Assembly: GCA_051294375.1 (NCBI GenBank)
Contig: CM119267.1
Coordinates: 2,752,447-2,799,432, forward strand
Length of the DNA stretch: 46,986 nt
Direction of reading: 5' to 3'
From: Paraspadella gotoi
Lineage: Eukaryota; Animalia; Chaetognatha
A program made the translations under genes and the position numbers. The notes beneath the pieces are model-generated. The model ran no database searches. It worked only from the letters and a program-made list of their open reading frames with translations, and was not told the DNA's origin. Within the stretch, counting starts at the first letter, position 1; every line of letters begins with the position of its first letter. Of this stretch, positions 33,126-45,926 are shown one piece after another.

Positions 33126-35132
33126 ATACTTTTTTTTAATTCTCCTAATTCTAATTGTGAGATATAGAAAGCGTTTTTAACTCTCTTGGTTTCAAAATAC
33201 ATTCATTTGATATGTATATAGTACCATTTTAGTAATATATTTGCACCTAAGCCACACCCTCACTCATTTAGCTTTTCTCTCTATAATTGTCTAAATAATC
33301 ACGCCGTCTCTTCACTCTGCTCGCAGGGTTTCTCCTTCTTCTATCGTCCTCTCTATATCTTTCAACAATCGCCTAAAATCGCAATTTCGTTGAAGATTCT
33401 ATTCCTTGCTCGATTACACTTCCATATTAGGCTACCTCCTGTTATAGTAGCCTGCTTCACTTGTTTCTCTCTCACTACTTATTTCAAGCAGGTATACAGG
33501 CTGACCACCATCCTTATCTTACTATCACTTCTCTTCACAGGATTGTCGCGCAGATCAATGACGAAAATCAATCTACAACATTTTCGCTCATCTAAACCTT
33601 ATAAATACTACTCTTTTGAGGAATAACTAATTATCAAAAAATGAATCTGTTTCCACAATAGTTCTAACTTATCTCCATTTCTTGTTCACCTCGTGATTTC
33701 CTCACAGCTCTTTTAAAAATGTTCACATTATCCATTCTTACCTTTATCGTTAAAATATTTTCCAATTGCCCATGACTTTTTTAAATTGATTTGTACGCCT
33801 TTTAAGAATGCGGTGGGACTGAAGATATTTCCAACGGGTACGCATCATCGGCAAAACTTAGCAATAGGAACCAAATGATAAAAACGTACAAGTGGGTCGA
33901 AAGTCTTTTAAAGGTTCAGCTGGACGAGAATAAAGGTGGCGGGACGTGGATTGATATTTTCCAAGAAAAAGTGAATTTAATTTCATCTCGAATTTGTCAC
34001 CACTGACCGGTTAACAAAAGTTTTGTTAAGTTTAATGATATCATATTTCTTGATCATCCAGATTTAATTTAGTACGTCATCAACGCTGTCTTTTGGACTG
34101 TGAGTCGATGTAAATTTTGAACCGTACTCCTTCTTGCTCTATCCCTTCGGCCCAGAGGAATAGATATACATTGATGATATGCGCTCGAGACCATTTAAGC
34201 TAAGATGATAGATTCTTACACCTTGAATCGAAATCTTTCTGATTTTAGGAAAAAGATGATCTAATATTTTTTGACTATTTATAATACTTAAATTCTGTGT
34301 TGTTTTTTATTGTCGTTGATCATAAATAATATTTTATGGCACAGTTTCGAATATCTACAAAGATTACCAGACATTGACCACTCCACCGTCCTTCTCATCT
34401 TAAGGTCTCCAGAAAATTCTCCGAAGAAGACTGAAAAAAACAACATTAACGCTTTAAGAGAGAGAGAGAGAGAAGAGAGCAGAGAGAGAGAGAGAGAGAG
34501 GAGCAGAGAGAGTTACAGTTCAGAGAGACGACGATTGAGCAGAGAGGGAGAGACACAGGAGTAGAGCAGGAACACGAAGACAGAGAGACAGACAGAGAGA
34601 GAGCACAGAGAGCGGTCACACACCAACTTTCGAGCCGATTCGATCGCACATCCGCACTCCCCATTGTCCTTATCTTCCCCTTCTATTTTCATTTTCGCCA
34701 TATCGGTTTCTTCTCATTTTTCAAACTAATTGGTTAGTATTCGGATTTAATCTTTAAGTTTTCTTTTAGAAGCCTAATGACAGTGAACCTTTGTTGGCCG
34801 TTTTTTCTCCTCTCTCTGTTATCCACTACTCCCTCTCCTCTCTCTCTCTCTCTCTCTCTCTTACATAGGACTCCTTCGGGGGTTCCGGGAGTGTTTGAGT
34901 GATATCTTAAAAGCGTGCTTCCCTTTTATCTTTCTCCCGTTCACCGCGTGTCACCCCATCGTCGTACCGTCCACCGCGTGTCATCGCGTGTCACTTGTGT
35001 CACGTTTTGCCACGTCTCGCCGCGATGGAGGCGACGGTTTTTCTGCTGGGCCGAGATTACAATGAAGTCTGCTTTTTCTTCTCCGCTAAAAACAAATTAT
35101 TTTAGCCTATTATATATTATACAATTTTATCT

Positions 35133-35358
35133 TTATGACTGGCATCTGATAACACCCATTTGATGTGTGGCGTCAAACAAATCGAGTTGATGACAAAAAT
35201 TATATGACCGGCATATGTTTCTCTTTGAAGACTGGCGTTTGAGCGTTGCCAAATGACCAACGGCGCTTGAAGACTGGCATTAGACGATTAAAATTGAACA
35301 ATGAAAATTGCTATTTCACGACTGTCATCCGAAGATATCCATTTGACGACTGGCAACA
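35133..35358 (+). repeat. Loose array of (TTGA.)GACTGGCAT motifs
   Basis: Six to seven copies of gactggc/gaccggc/gactgtc at 30-70-bp spacing. Confidence 0.6.
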
Positions 35359-35956
35359 CTCTTAACGGCGCCGTGAGTGACCGACTCCTTCAAAAGGAGC
35401 GTGTCTTTCCATAAGCGAAACTCGAGAGTTCCCCCCCCTGAGTCGCCGAATCACTTCCCCCCCCCCTAACCCCAAATCACAACAACCCCGACTGCTCATC
35501 GCGATCACAAATCCCCAATCTCCGCAGCCTCACATCTACCACCTTAAATCCAACTCGTTATCCCCGGCTCTCTTTTCCGAGAATGCCTCATTTCAGAATT
35601 TAATTTTAGCCTAATCCTAAACCCTATCTTTTCATGCTTTTATTAGATTTTGACTTTCTCATTCTATACGAGATAGTCCTTCACTTTCACGTTGCCAAGG
35701 TGACAAAAAAATACAGAAAAAATTATGCCCTGTAACTAACGCGACAATGTAAGATATATAATGTTCTACATGTCTATCACTTCTTTAAATTTTGGGACCA
35801 TTAAAAGTGCTTTAGAAAACATCTCGATTAACTGTTAGCCAGACAGAGTAACTATTTCTCAATGAACAAAAAAAATACTGTTTTAACAGCGTTAATGAGA
35901 CTCCAATACCTCCGTTGTTTCGCCAGTATGTTAAGCAAAAAACAATTAATAAAAAA

Positions 35957-36115
35957 CTATACATGCAGATAGGACCAGTTTTTAATTCCGCCCCCAACGC
36001 CCTGGTTTGTTTTCAACGAAGTCTTCCTTATATCCTTACATCTCCGGTTGTTTCGCAAATCCACAAAGACCAAGTTGTTTGCACTTAGTATCTCTCCAGG
36101 TAACGATGCGGTACC
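35957..36115 (-). CDS. Putative terminal exon of an uncharacterised spliced gene (GTASLPGEIL...WSYLHV*)
   Basis: Acceptor ttttttctgtttag; open in phase 0 for 52 codons to TAG; phase-compatible with the 36698 donor. Confidence 0.45.
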   Translation of the reverse strand, partial: GTASLPGEILSANNLVFVDLRNNRRCKDIRKTSLKTNQGVGGGIKNWSYLHV

Positions 36116-36697
36116 CTAAACAGAAAAAAAATTATCCATGCCTCTCATAGTGACTTTAAACCAGGAAGAAAAAATACTAAAGTTAAGAACTAACCATGTA
36201 AAATTGAAAATTTCCCAGTTTTGAAAGATTACAAACTATATGAGTTGTTTAATGAACATAATATTCAGTCCGTAAATAACTACTAATGACAAATCCTATT
36301 AACAACCATCTTTAACCCACATTTTCATCTCGCATTTGTGCTAAATCCCATAGCCTTAGTACTACCTGTTAGGACCTGACTCCATCTGAGACAGTTGGTT
36401 AGCCAACCTTCCTCTGAGGACGGACGAGTGCGAGAGACCGGTCCGCGGATGGTTGGACGTCAAAAAGGGCGCCTCGGTGCCGTCAGGAGAGGAAGAAATT
36501 TCGCGTTCCCAGAACCAGGAACCGTCTTCTTCTCCCCTGTTTCTCGTGGGCATTAGGTCCCATTATCAATTCAAATGAAATGTTAAAAGCTGTAACAGTT
36601 TTATAATTAAATGGTGACAAGAAAATCTAATGGTACGTTTGCAGAATAGTTAGCAAACTCAAGTGCTAGACTTACATGCTCTGGATCAGTCCCTTAC

Positions 36698-36768
36698 CTC
36701 ATCATGTAGCTCCCTCAGCCAATAGTTAGCCTCCGGTTCGCTTGAGTCACCGTTCCCTTTTGCTTTCC
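36698..36768 (-). CDS. Putative internal exon, 71 bp (G-KAKGNGDSSEPEANYWLRELHDE)
   Basis: Acceptor aatcag, strong donor GAG|gtaagg; phase 1 in, phase 0 out; AT-rich flanks. Confidence 0.55.
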
Positions 36769-36869
36769 CTGATTTATAAGTACTACTTTCCTCTCAAATT
36801 TAAATTCACATGAAAGTTGAATATATATTGCAAATCATTTTAATCTTGTTTCTTTTAACTATTTCTGTA

Positions 36870-37065
36870 TATGAAATTGGTACAACCAATATAAAAATTA
36901 TCCATTCATTTAATAAATAAGTTTCCTATCTTGCCCTCTGACTTTGGACAGGGCTTTGGTGGTTTTAGGCCTCCATCCCCACTCTTAACAAGATAATTAC
37001 AATATAGCAGGGTCCCTGTCAAAGCTTCTTTCAATCAAGAACTCTCTCACAGTCCGTTTATTCAC
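36870..37065 (+). mobile_element. Partial MITE copy (2040-2442 family) inside the predicted intron 36769-37124
   Basis: ATGAAATTGGTACAACCAATAT...AATAAATAAG..CTATCTTGCCCTCTGACTTTGG matches the family terminus. Confidence 0.75.
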
Positions 37066-37124
37066 TTCCGGAGTTAACCTTGGCTTTCCCCTATCAATAT
37101 TGTTATTTGTTATTACTCCATCAC

Positions 37125-37302
37125 CTGAAAACCATGTTCCGACTTTTCCCTTGTGTCTGGAACATGCCCGCTCCGCCGCGGGAGCCGGACAGAATTGTCT
37201 TGGGTGCCCGTTGACCAGTTTCAATTTGCAGCGGGCAAAGTTGTAGCACTCCAGTCGTGCCCGTTCTGAGGCAGATGGAATTGGATTTTTCTCGTTCTCC
37301 GG
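37125..37302 (-). CDS. Putative internal exon, 178 bp (PENEKNPIP...ACSRHKGKVGTWFS)
   Basis: Long polypyrimidine tract, atypical gag acceptor, donor CAG|gtgatg; phase 0 in, phase 1 out, matching both neighbours. Confidence 0.45.
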
Positions 37303-37505
37303 CTCAATGAGAGAGATTGAAAACAAAAGGAGATGAAAAAAAACGAAGAAATTTGTATAAATACTATATCATATACAACTTTTAATATAATCTTTAATTC
37401 TAATACACTCTTTAATTACATAAATAAATAAGTGACGTTGCGATCACATAAAATATCACTCAGCTTTACAAAGCTTTATCAGACAAAGTGGCTCACGATA
37501 CTCAC

Positions 37506-37787
37506 CATTCGAGCTCGAAGAGGAGACATATAGATTCCAAGTATGAGACGTATTAGCTCTTTAAAATGGCGTCTGTGACTCCACATTTTTAATCTCTTCT
37601 TCGAGCGCTGTCTGAATCCGTTGTAATTATAAGGATTGGGGACTCGCAGACCGACGGGCGCCAGAACTCCACACTGGGGTGTCCTCCATGGCTCCTCGCT
37701 CCACCCGGATATGTCCCAAACAAGTGTCAGGATTTTGGACAATGAATAGGATCGAGAAATATCTCTTTGGGCACTGATGATACTATC
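37506..37787 (-). CDS. Putative internal exon, 282 bp (DSIISAQRD...MSPLRARM)
   Basis: Acceptor ttttgtgcctag, consensus donor ATG|gtgagt, 94 open codons in phase 0. Confidence 0.55.
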
Positions 37788-38157
37788 CTAGGCACAAAAA
37801 GTATAATCGCACATTTTTAGTGAACGTGTCAAGCCAAGCGATATCTACTCAAAAAACTTATTTGTTTTTACAAAGTCAGAATGTTTTCAAATTTCACATT
37901 TGAAAATTTTCTTTTATCAGCTAGCTTCCTTCTATTTTTTTGTAGCCCGCTCACAATCTTTTAAACAAGGTTCTGAGTACTTACTCTAGAGAATCGAACG
38001 CAAGCATCCGCACTTTAAGAGTCAGACTAGTAACTGAGTCGAAAAAAATTACAGAGAGCCGATGTGTTCATCAAACATTCAGCTCCTTTTGTATTGGTCA
38101 TCTGATGCTTAATGTTTGGGCGGGAGCTCACAACAAATAGAGTATCCCGACTCTTAC

Positions 38158-39820
38158 ATAGCTTAAGGGAGTGGTCCCGTCTGTTCATTAACAATTGAAT
38201 GACGATTGCTTTGCAAATATTTTAACCGCACGTTCATTGAATATGTTGGAAGTTCTGCTCGGTGGACTGCTGGTGATGATAAACGGACTGTGGAGAGGTC
38301 TCCTGAAATTTGAAAACGCACTTAAAATGCACAGGTCGGACCCTTTTGCTTTACTGTCCATTTTATCCTTGTTTATATGCACCAGTGATGGAGGCGCGTA
38401 TATAAACAAAACACAAAGCCACATGTTCCATATATATTATTAAGGGGCAAGATAGCCTTTAATTTATTAAAATTAGATATTATGGAATAAACTTAATTTT
38501 TTAATCCCATATTTTAATATAAGATGGTACTGGTAACTCCAGTATTATCCATATCCTCAAAATTCCTTTCATTTATTTTGATTGTGTGGCGTAATTATTT
38601 CTCATAACAAATCAGGTGAGAGTTTTGAAATTGTGACTAATTTAAATATTTATATTATTGAACAAAGAATTATTTTTTTTTTATTTGGCCATATATGTTA
38701 TATGTTTACTATGTGTGGAAGACCCTGGCCGTATTGAGCGAGTATTTTTGTTCCAAAGATTGAACCACTCTTATTTTCGGGTGATAAGACTGAACAGATA
38801 TTAGTAACCGATTAAATATTTCGAGAAAATACGACTCTTCAGAAAAGAAAGAATTATGCGGCTCATGTTAACGCACTGCTCAATATCGACGACAAGTAAT
38901 TCGAGATGAACGAGAAACCGTAGAGTGGAGTTCAAAAACAATGTCGGGTATACCATAACACCAAGTTTTATTAGTACGTGATACGCCGTGCACGCTGATT
39001 CCAATTCGTTTTGGTAAGAGAGAGACAACCTGCCCCTCATCAAAAAGCGAACATGAGAGTGCAGTGGATCTTCAATTTTTTCCCTAAAATAAGGTCAGCC
39101 AACTCTGAAAAGGTAAACCCTCCTAACCAGGAGTAAAGTGATAAAACATCGGAAGAGTATCACCCCCCCTGAGTCGCCGAGCGGGAAACAATCACTATAT
39201 ATTGTACGGAGAAGGAAAATCTAATAATCTTGAACAATCAACACTCCGAGGGTAAAAAATAGGGGAGAGAAACGCCAGTAGGCCAGACAAGAGAGAAACG
39301 CGTCGAAATCTCGAACAATCTCGTGAAACACAAAAGCGGACCCCCCGACTCGCCTGAGTGGAATCCGTGGGGAGGGAGGATGAAGAGGAGGTGACAGTGA
39401 AAAAAGAGAAGTGAAGGTAATAACGACCAATGCCGTCCCCTAAAATCTATCACCCTCCGAGTAAATAGCCCTTGATAGCGATACCCAAAATTATCTTACT
39501 AAATATTCGCTTACCGCACATGACCATTTTTATATATTTTTTATTTGAATAAATATAATCTTTTTAACAATTACATGATATTCTTTTTTCCTAAGATAGT
39601 AATTTTTAAGATATTATTCCCAGAGTTAGTACGTTTTATTATACCTTCATAGAACTGGAGTATGCCCTTGTCCTGTGAAGGTAAGGATGAAAATAAAGAC
39701 GGCCGAGTCGAAATAAGTTTCTGTAAAGATGCGAACAGAATTCAGCTCCGGTTCATCCAACATTTTAATTACGAGAGGAAGCCTCATTTCCAGAATGTTA
39801 AAATATTTATCTCTCATGCA
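38158..39820 (-). other. Probable upstream exons of the same gene, disrupted by stops/frameshifts (candidates 38158-38302, ~38712-39083, 39645-39820)
   Basis: Each GC-richer island has an acceptor (tttcag, ttttag, tttcag) and a donor (gtaaga, gtaaac, gtataa) with AT-rich spacers, but no candidate stays open end to end. Confidence 0.3.
38443..38470 (-). mobile_element. Isolated MITE TIR fragment AGGGGCAAGATAGC...TTTATTAAA
   Basis: 14-bp exact match to 7462-7475 plus the following AT block. Confidence 0.5.
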
Positions 39821-39914
39821 CTGAAACATGTAATCGCATAATACCTTTAAATAAAATAGTTGCCTTAGACATGAGAAAAAAAATTTTATTTCAATTCCCT
39901 CCCCTCAAATACTA

Positions 39915-42900
39915 TTTTAAAAATAAAAATGGGGTCGTTCCTTCGCGACAACAAAAAATAATTTCCCAATCCTGCACTGACACAGAATTATTACCTGTTC
40001 TTTTTTTGGTTAACAATTAAACTTACCCTAACCGCAATATTTTCCTTTATACTCAACCTTCAAAAACACAAAATAAAAAAACGTCCCTCACTTAGTTTTT
40101 ATTTCCTCCAAATGTTCCTTTTTCTATAAGTGTGAGCAGACTCCGCACTGAAAAAACAATGATTTTTTTGCGCGCCGCGAACCCCCCCCCCCACATTCCG
40201 CCCCCCCCCCTGAACTAACTTCCGCTGACTAACCAAGGGCATCGACTCTTCTGGGGCATTGGCGGAGAGCACGTGGCAAATCGTAAAGGGCGATGAGTCC
40301 CGTATTATTTATTGCAGGGTCAAGGTTTGGCTAAGTCAACGGGCAACCGTGTGTCTTATCTTGGCGAAGGGGCCCTCATGTATGTTGTCCCTCTATAACA
40401 TGGTAATACCGGACGACGGAAGTAGTTGGGCTCATCTCAATGTCGGACAATTTCCATTTCCCCTCGGTTGTTTTTTTTCTTCATCTCTCCACTATCGCTG
40501 TACGCGCTCCTCTCTTTTTCCTCCAGTTGCAATTTTCTGGTGGTTCTTTCGGGCTTTCCGCGTCTCAAACTTCTTTCCTTCCAGCCTCTGCTTCGTGTTC
40601 TCTTCCGCCCTCCCTTGGACCCTCTTTCCTTTTCGAAATCGTTGCCTCTCCGGTCCTCTTCCCTCTCTTCCACTTCCAGCGTCCTCTTCTTCTCTTCCGC
40701 TCGCACACCATCAGGTTGGCGTCTCTGTCGCTCTCTCTCCTCATACTTTCATCTTCGGTCCCTCCTTAGCTCTCTTGTTTTTAGTCCTTTCTCTCATTGT
40801 CGTCAAATTAACAATGAAGAACGAACCCAACCACCAGATGGTTATCTTTTGACGGTCAATCCCTCTCACATATCGTCGGGCAAAATAACGAACAATCTCT
40901 TCTCCTCTTCCTTCCTCGCTCAGAGTTGAATGGCGGCCATAACGCGGCGTTCTTCATTCGCAAAGTCTGCGCCCGGTTGCCACTGGCACCGATTTCATAG
41001 AATTGTTCATTGAATTTGCCCAACGTCGCCAGTTCCCACAAAATATATTAGACTCATTTCAGTCCTTTTAATATATAGACGTCATGAAGGAATTACCTAT
41101 AAATCCGCCGATACTCGTGGAGAGAGAACTTCTATAATCAAGTTTCCACAACACTACATTCCAAACCAGTTCATCCTACAAATCTCAGAGTCTTCCGTGC
41201 ATATCCTCGCTCCTACTCCTCTCCCCAAAGCGAAAATCGGATAGGAAGTGTGAATACCATCCGCCGAACCTCTGATTGTTCCTACGATCGGAACCTTCGT
41301 GGATCATCGACCACATTTAGCCGAGTCTCGATTAGAACTCGTCTTACACATATAAGACCTCTTTGCCCGTGACTCTCCTCTTCCTCAGGATTTCTCACAC
41401 CAGACACCGTCGTGATTGCTCTAACACATCGTGTCCTGTCGCCGCAGCTACGTTCACTTTTATTTTCCTCTCATGTGATATTTTCTCTCACATTTTTTCA
41501 CTTTTCACACCTGACTACTGTTACATGCCTCTATACTACACATAAACTTTCTAAGTCCCTTAACTATTTAATGACATGCACTGCTCTCGCTCTTTCAAAA
41601 GTTTCTGAATTTTTTTTCAATATGATCGTGTCTCTTCTTTTTTGCAGTCCAAGTAGTTAGATTCTGTGTAGGGAGTTTCTTTGTAAGTTTGTCATTCGGA
41701 AGATTGTGAGAAAAGTATATAAGCAGTTCCTTAGAAATATGGAGAGAGGGACGCAAGAATACTAAGATGCAGAAAGTAACAGTATACATTTGAACCTGAT
41801 TGAGATCAAAACCAAAGAATTGCCAGTGGCAAAGAAACGAGAAAAAGAAAGAAAGAAAGACGACAAAAGAGAAAAAAGAAACCTAGAAACAAAGGGAGGC
41901 TAAACACTAGATTAAATGGAAAAAGTAAATAGAAAGAAAAAGAAAATGAAAGTCAATATGATAGAGAAGTTTTGAGAATATATATTAAGAAAGATTTATT
42001 TTAGGATACATAAATAAAAGATCGGATAAATCATGTTAAGAAGTTCAAAAATAGGCCAAGCTTAATATAGTACCACCGACTGAAGATGAATTGTTCAAAA
42101 CAACGATCATTTTAGGCCCTCCATTGAAAAGATAAGCATGATTTTCAGAACCTTTCCCCGTCGAGAATGTTAACTCTCATCGAAAGTCAAGATTACTCAA
42201 GTTTCAATGGGGTCATCGTCGTCATTCGGTCGTAACTTTTCCCAAAGTGAAGTCGTCGTGATCCGTGGCGTCCCACCAAATCCTTCGTCGTCGTCCGTTC
42301 GTCGTCGGTCGTTCGTATAAGGTCGGACGGGAGAGGACATACTATGTAAGGACTTGGTTACAGTAACGGTTCTTTTATCGATATTATATCCCGTGGTTGA
42401 CAGGATATATCAAAACAATGAGACGGGATGAAGCGAGGATAAGAGATCTGTCGTTCAGGACTACAACAGAATATGATAATAATTAAACTATCATATTACA
42501 AACATTATTATAATAGTCTCAGTATATATAAGTATAGTGTTTACTATCAAGCACTTTCTCCTATAGGAATTGTGTGCGGGAGAGCAGATAATAGCCAAAT
42601 TCAAATTGTTGTGCTTTCAGGCGTTCTCGGTTTCATCGGATAGGATCGACAGTACACATCCTTCTGACTTGATAGTGAAGGATATGTACCATTCACAATA
42701 CCCCTGTTTAATGGAACAGAGCAAATTGTCGTTCGCATCTTTGTATTAGATGAACTACAGTTGATTAATTTCTCCGATTCGTATATTGATATATTCCTGG
42801 TGAGATGTAATGCTCTCTAGAGACACCCCATGATTCAATAACAATAAAAACTCTTAAAGGTAATGACAAGATTATTTTCTTTTTTAAATCTCATATATTT

Positions 42901-44240
42901 TACAATCAGAAAATAAATATCAATTTAATGGATGATTTTGAGGTCGAGGAAACCAATCCCTTGGCTTCACCTTGGGTAATTGGATCACTCTGTATTGGGG
43001 TTGAGGTCGCCGTATTTATATACACACATTTTTTGTCTCCAACTTTTCATCTGTATCCTCTAATCGGTTCTCCGATCCAAATAATACCCTGGAAAACTGT
43101 GTGAGGACTCTATTATTTATTTTTTTAGTCTGTTGTTCTTTGGTTATTTGTTTGATAAACACTTTCGATTTTTCCGAATTACGCGTTCAATCGAAAGTGG
43201 AAAAGAGGACATTAAAGTATCTCCGCCTGAGAGAGAGATACATTTAAGTGGGAAATATGTGAACAGATCTATATTCCGAGTCAAATAAACTTATAAGGAT
43301 AATTTAAGTAAAAAATTTGAATTTGGTGAATAATATCCAGATTCTTTTCATCTCCATGTATTTTCAATTACCACTTTTTGTCAACAATTATAAAAAGCAC
43401 AGAACCACTCTCTATTTTAACATTAACTAAACAAAACTTTGGTTATAAAATTGGGTACCACGGATGAACCATTTCCACTTTTCTTTAAACAAAGAACAAG
43501 TAACTGCCGTAAGATCANNNNNNNNNNNNNNNNNNNNNNNNNATAATTCTAATTCCTAATTTTAAATAAAATGGGTCGTTCTTTGAAAATATGCCCCCCC
43601 CCCAATCCTAAGCAGCTCACAACCTCCAATATCCTTCTATACCTTCTAGTCAACAACCCAACTCCGCCCCCTCCGCCCCCCACTCGCCCAACTCGGCCCC
43701 CGATCACGTGCAATCGTAAGGCGATGAGTCCCGATATTTTTGCAGTCATAGGTTTGGCAGTCAACGGGCAAACCGTGTGGTCTTATCCTGGGCCGAGGGC
43801 CTCGCGATCTAATGGCGCGACGCAAGAGTTGGTCAAACATTTCCATTTCCGTTTTTTTTTTTTTCCTCCGTCGCTCCCTCTCCTCATTTTTCTTTCTCTT
43901 CCTCTCTTTTTCTCTCCTCGGCTCCGCCCTCTTTTCCTTCCTGCGTCCTCTCCTCTCTTACTCGCTGCGTCTCTGCTTCTCTTCCTCCTCGCCGTCTCTT
44001 CACTCTCGTCTCTTCCTGTCTCTTACTCTCTTCCTGCCTCTCGTCGCTTCCTTCTTCTCCCTCTGCCTTTCCTCCGTTCTCGCTTCTTCTCCGTCTATGC
44101 TTCTCCCCCGTCTCCCCTCTATCTTCTGCTTCTTTCTCCTGTCTCCACCTTTTCCGTGTCTCCGTCTCTCTTCCTCCGTCTCTCCTCTCTTCTTCTCTCT
44201 CTTTCTTCCTTCCACTCGCTCTTCAAGTTTCCTGATATTT
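39915..44240 (+). other. Apparent duplication (~39915-40800 vs ~43555-44240) across the 25-N gap at 43518-43542; probable assembly artefact
   Basis: Both carry CACGTG..AATCGTAA..GGCGATGAGTCCCG..GGTTTGGC..AGTCAACGGGCAA.CCGTGTG.TCTTATC..TTTCCATTTCC then a CT-rich tract, with many indels. Confidence 0.7.
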
Positions 44241-45926
44241 TTTTTCTTCTTGTGCGAGTATAATCTGTCTTTTTCATCGAAGAATAAAAAGTGGATGAAA
44301 GTATTTTATTAGAGTTACCCCGATGCCAAGATTTTTTAATTACACCAAGATGAAGGTCACGAACTCATTTTACTTAGGTTCTTTTTTGGTCCTGTAGAAG
44401 ACATTGGGACGCAATAAACCTGAAAAAACTTGATCAGAAAAGGAAACTCTCCAGAGTTCCAAAGTGATCGAGTACTTTTTGCGGTTTTTCTTTGATCGTA
44501 AATCTTATAAGTGAAATTAATTTAAAGGTTTTTTTAATAAAATAATGATTAAATCAATACTTGATTTGAATTTTGAAACATTATTTTTTGATGTAGACCT
44601 TAATATTTTTTATTAAACCCTTTATTTTAAATAAAATTTATTAATAATATAATGATTATATAATAAAAAATAAGATATCATTAGTTATTGATAAATTACT
44701 TACTAAAGTTTTCCATAGAATTTTGTAAAGAATAAATATTAAAGAGAAAATAAATATTTAGCAGTACTTACTAAAATAAATCAAAATAACACAATATTAA
44801 ACTTTAAAAACTAAAAAAGAAAAAATGGTTAAAATTAATAACTTAATATTCTACCATAAACTTTTAAAAATTTTGAAGCTCTTTAATAGGCTTAAATTGC
44901 GCCTTTATTAAACAAGAGAATCTGGTCAATTTTAATTAAAAATTATCTAATTTTCAAGAATCTGCTGAGTCCTTTGCTTTTTATAATATCTAAAAGTGTT
45001 TGGCAAATGGCCCAAATATACTATTTCTTATGGCCAATGATAAATGTTGATCACTCACAACGAATATGTTAAACTTTATAATTGTTTTTTAAAAACAGAT
45101 TCAAATTTAAAACATATTCAATAAAAAAAATTAAAGTAAAAAATTTTGCCTTTATTAGAATAGCTAGATGCATATAATATGATACAAAGTAAATGATTAA
45201 GTATTGAATATGTATCAAACACAAAATAAACAATCAAAGGTGAGAGAATGTAAACAAGGAATACGATCCGAATTTTTATACGGAAATCATAACCAGGATC
45301 GAGAGAATCGGATGAAATCAACCAAAGAACTCACTGATTGAGGAATGAATCACCTCCGGAACCGAACAATGAGAAGAAGGCGGCTTCAATGCCATCGGGA
45401 AGAGAAAAACCCATGTTATCGCTGATCCAGAGGGCTCTGTATAAAAATACTGACCATTCCTGTATTTTGAAATCAATCTGACTGTAAACTCTCAACAAAT
45501 TACCGTTCTTATGCATATGTGAAATAATTGATCAATAAATACCACCTCGATATATAATACATGTAATGAAATTCTGTCCTCTTACTTGAAATGTGGTGAA
45601 CAGGAGGGAATTCGGACACAAAGAAACCAAACTACGACATCGCGAATAGAAAGCCTTACCACCAAGATCAACGCAACTCAAGAAGAATGGAACTTACGCC
45701 GAAGAAAGGAAAGCCTCAAGAACGGCTCCGCAGCACTGCGGGCACCGAACCATGCGCGCCGGCAGACTAGTACCACCGAAAGCGAAAGCGGATAGCAATC
45801 GAGACCTGATTCCACACATAACGAAGTCACAGAGGGCGCTAGAGCGAGACCAAATAGACCTAAAAGGAGAGATAAACAGCGATTGCGTCAGATCAAATTT
45901 TTGAAGATTCGATTCGCTCTGCAAAC

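Noticed and set aside
33790-33860. Harbinger transposase motif (FADDAYPL, minus strand)
   Set aside because: The expected downstream FN..LS..R..VE..FG motifs are absent
17073-44240. Duplications as LTRs or real segmental duplications
   Set aside because: No TG..CA ends, PBS or retroviral ORFs; divergence is indel-dominated and centred on 25-N gaps
40259-44312. Hydrophobic membrane-protein-like ORFs (40259-40852, 43571-44263; also 23209-23793, 24784-25242)
   Set aside because: L/S/F/P bias comes from CT-rich low-complexity tracts, and the duplicate copies do not keep the same frame
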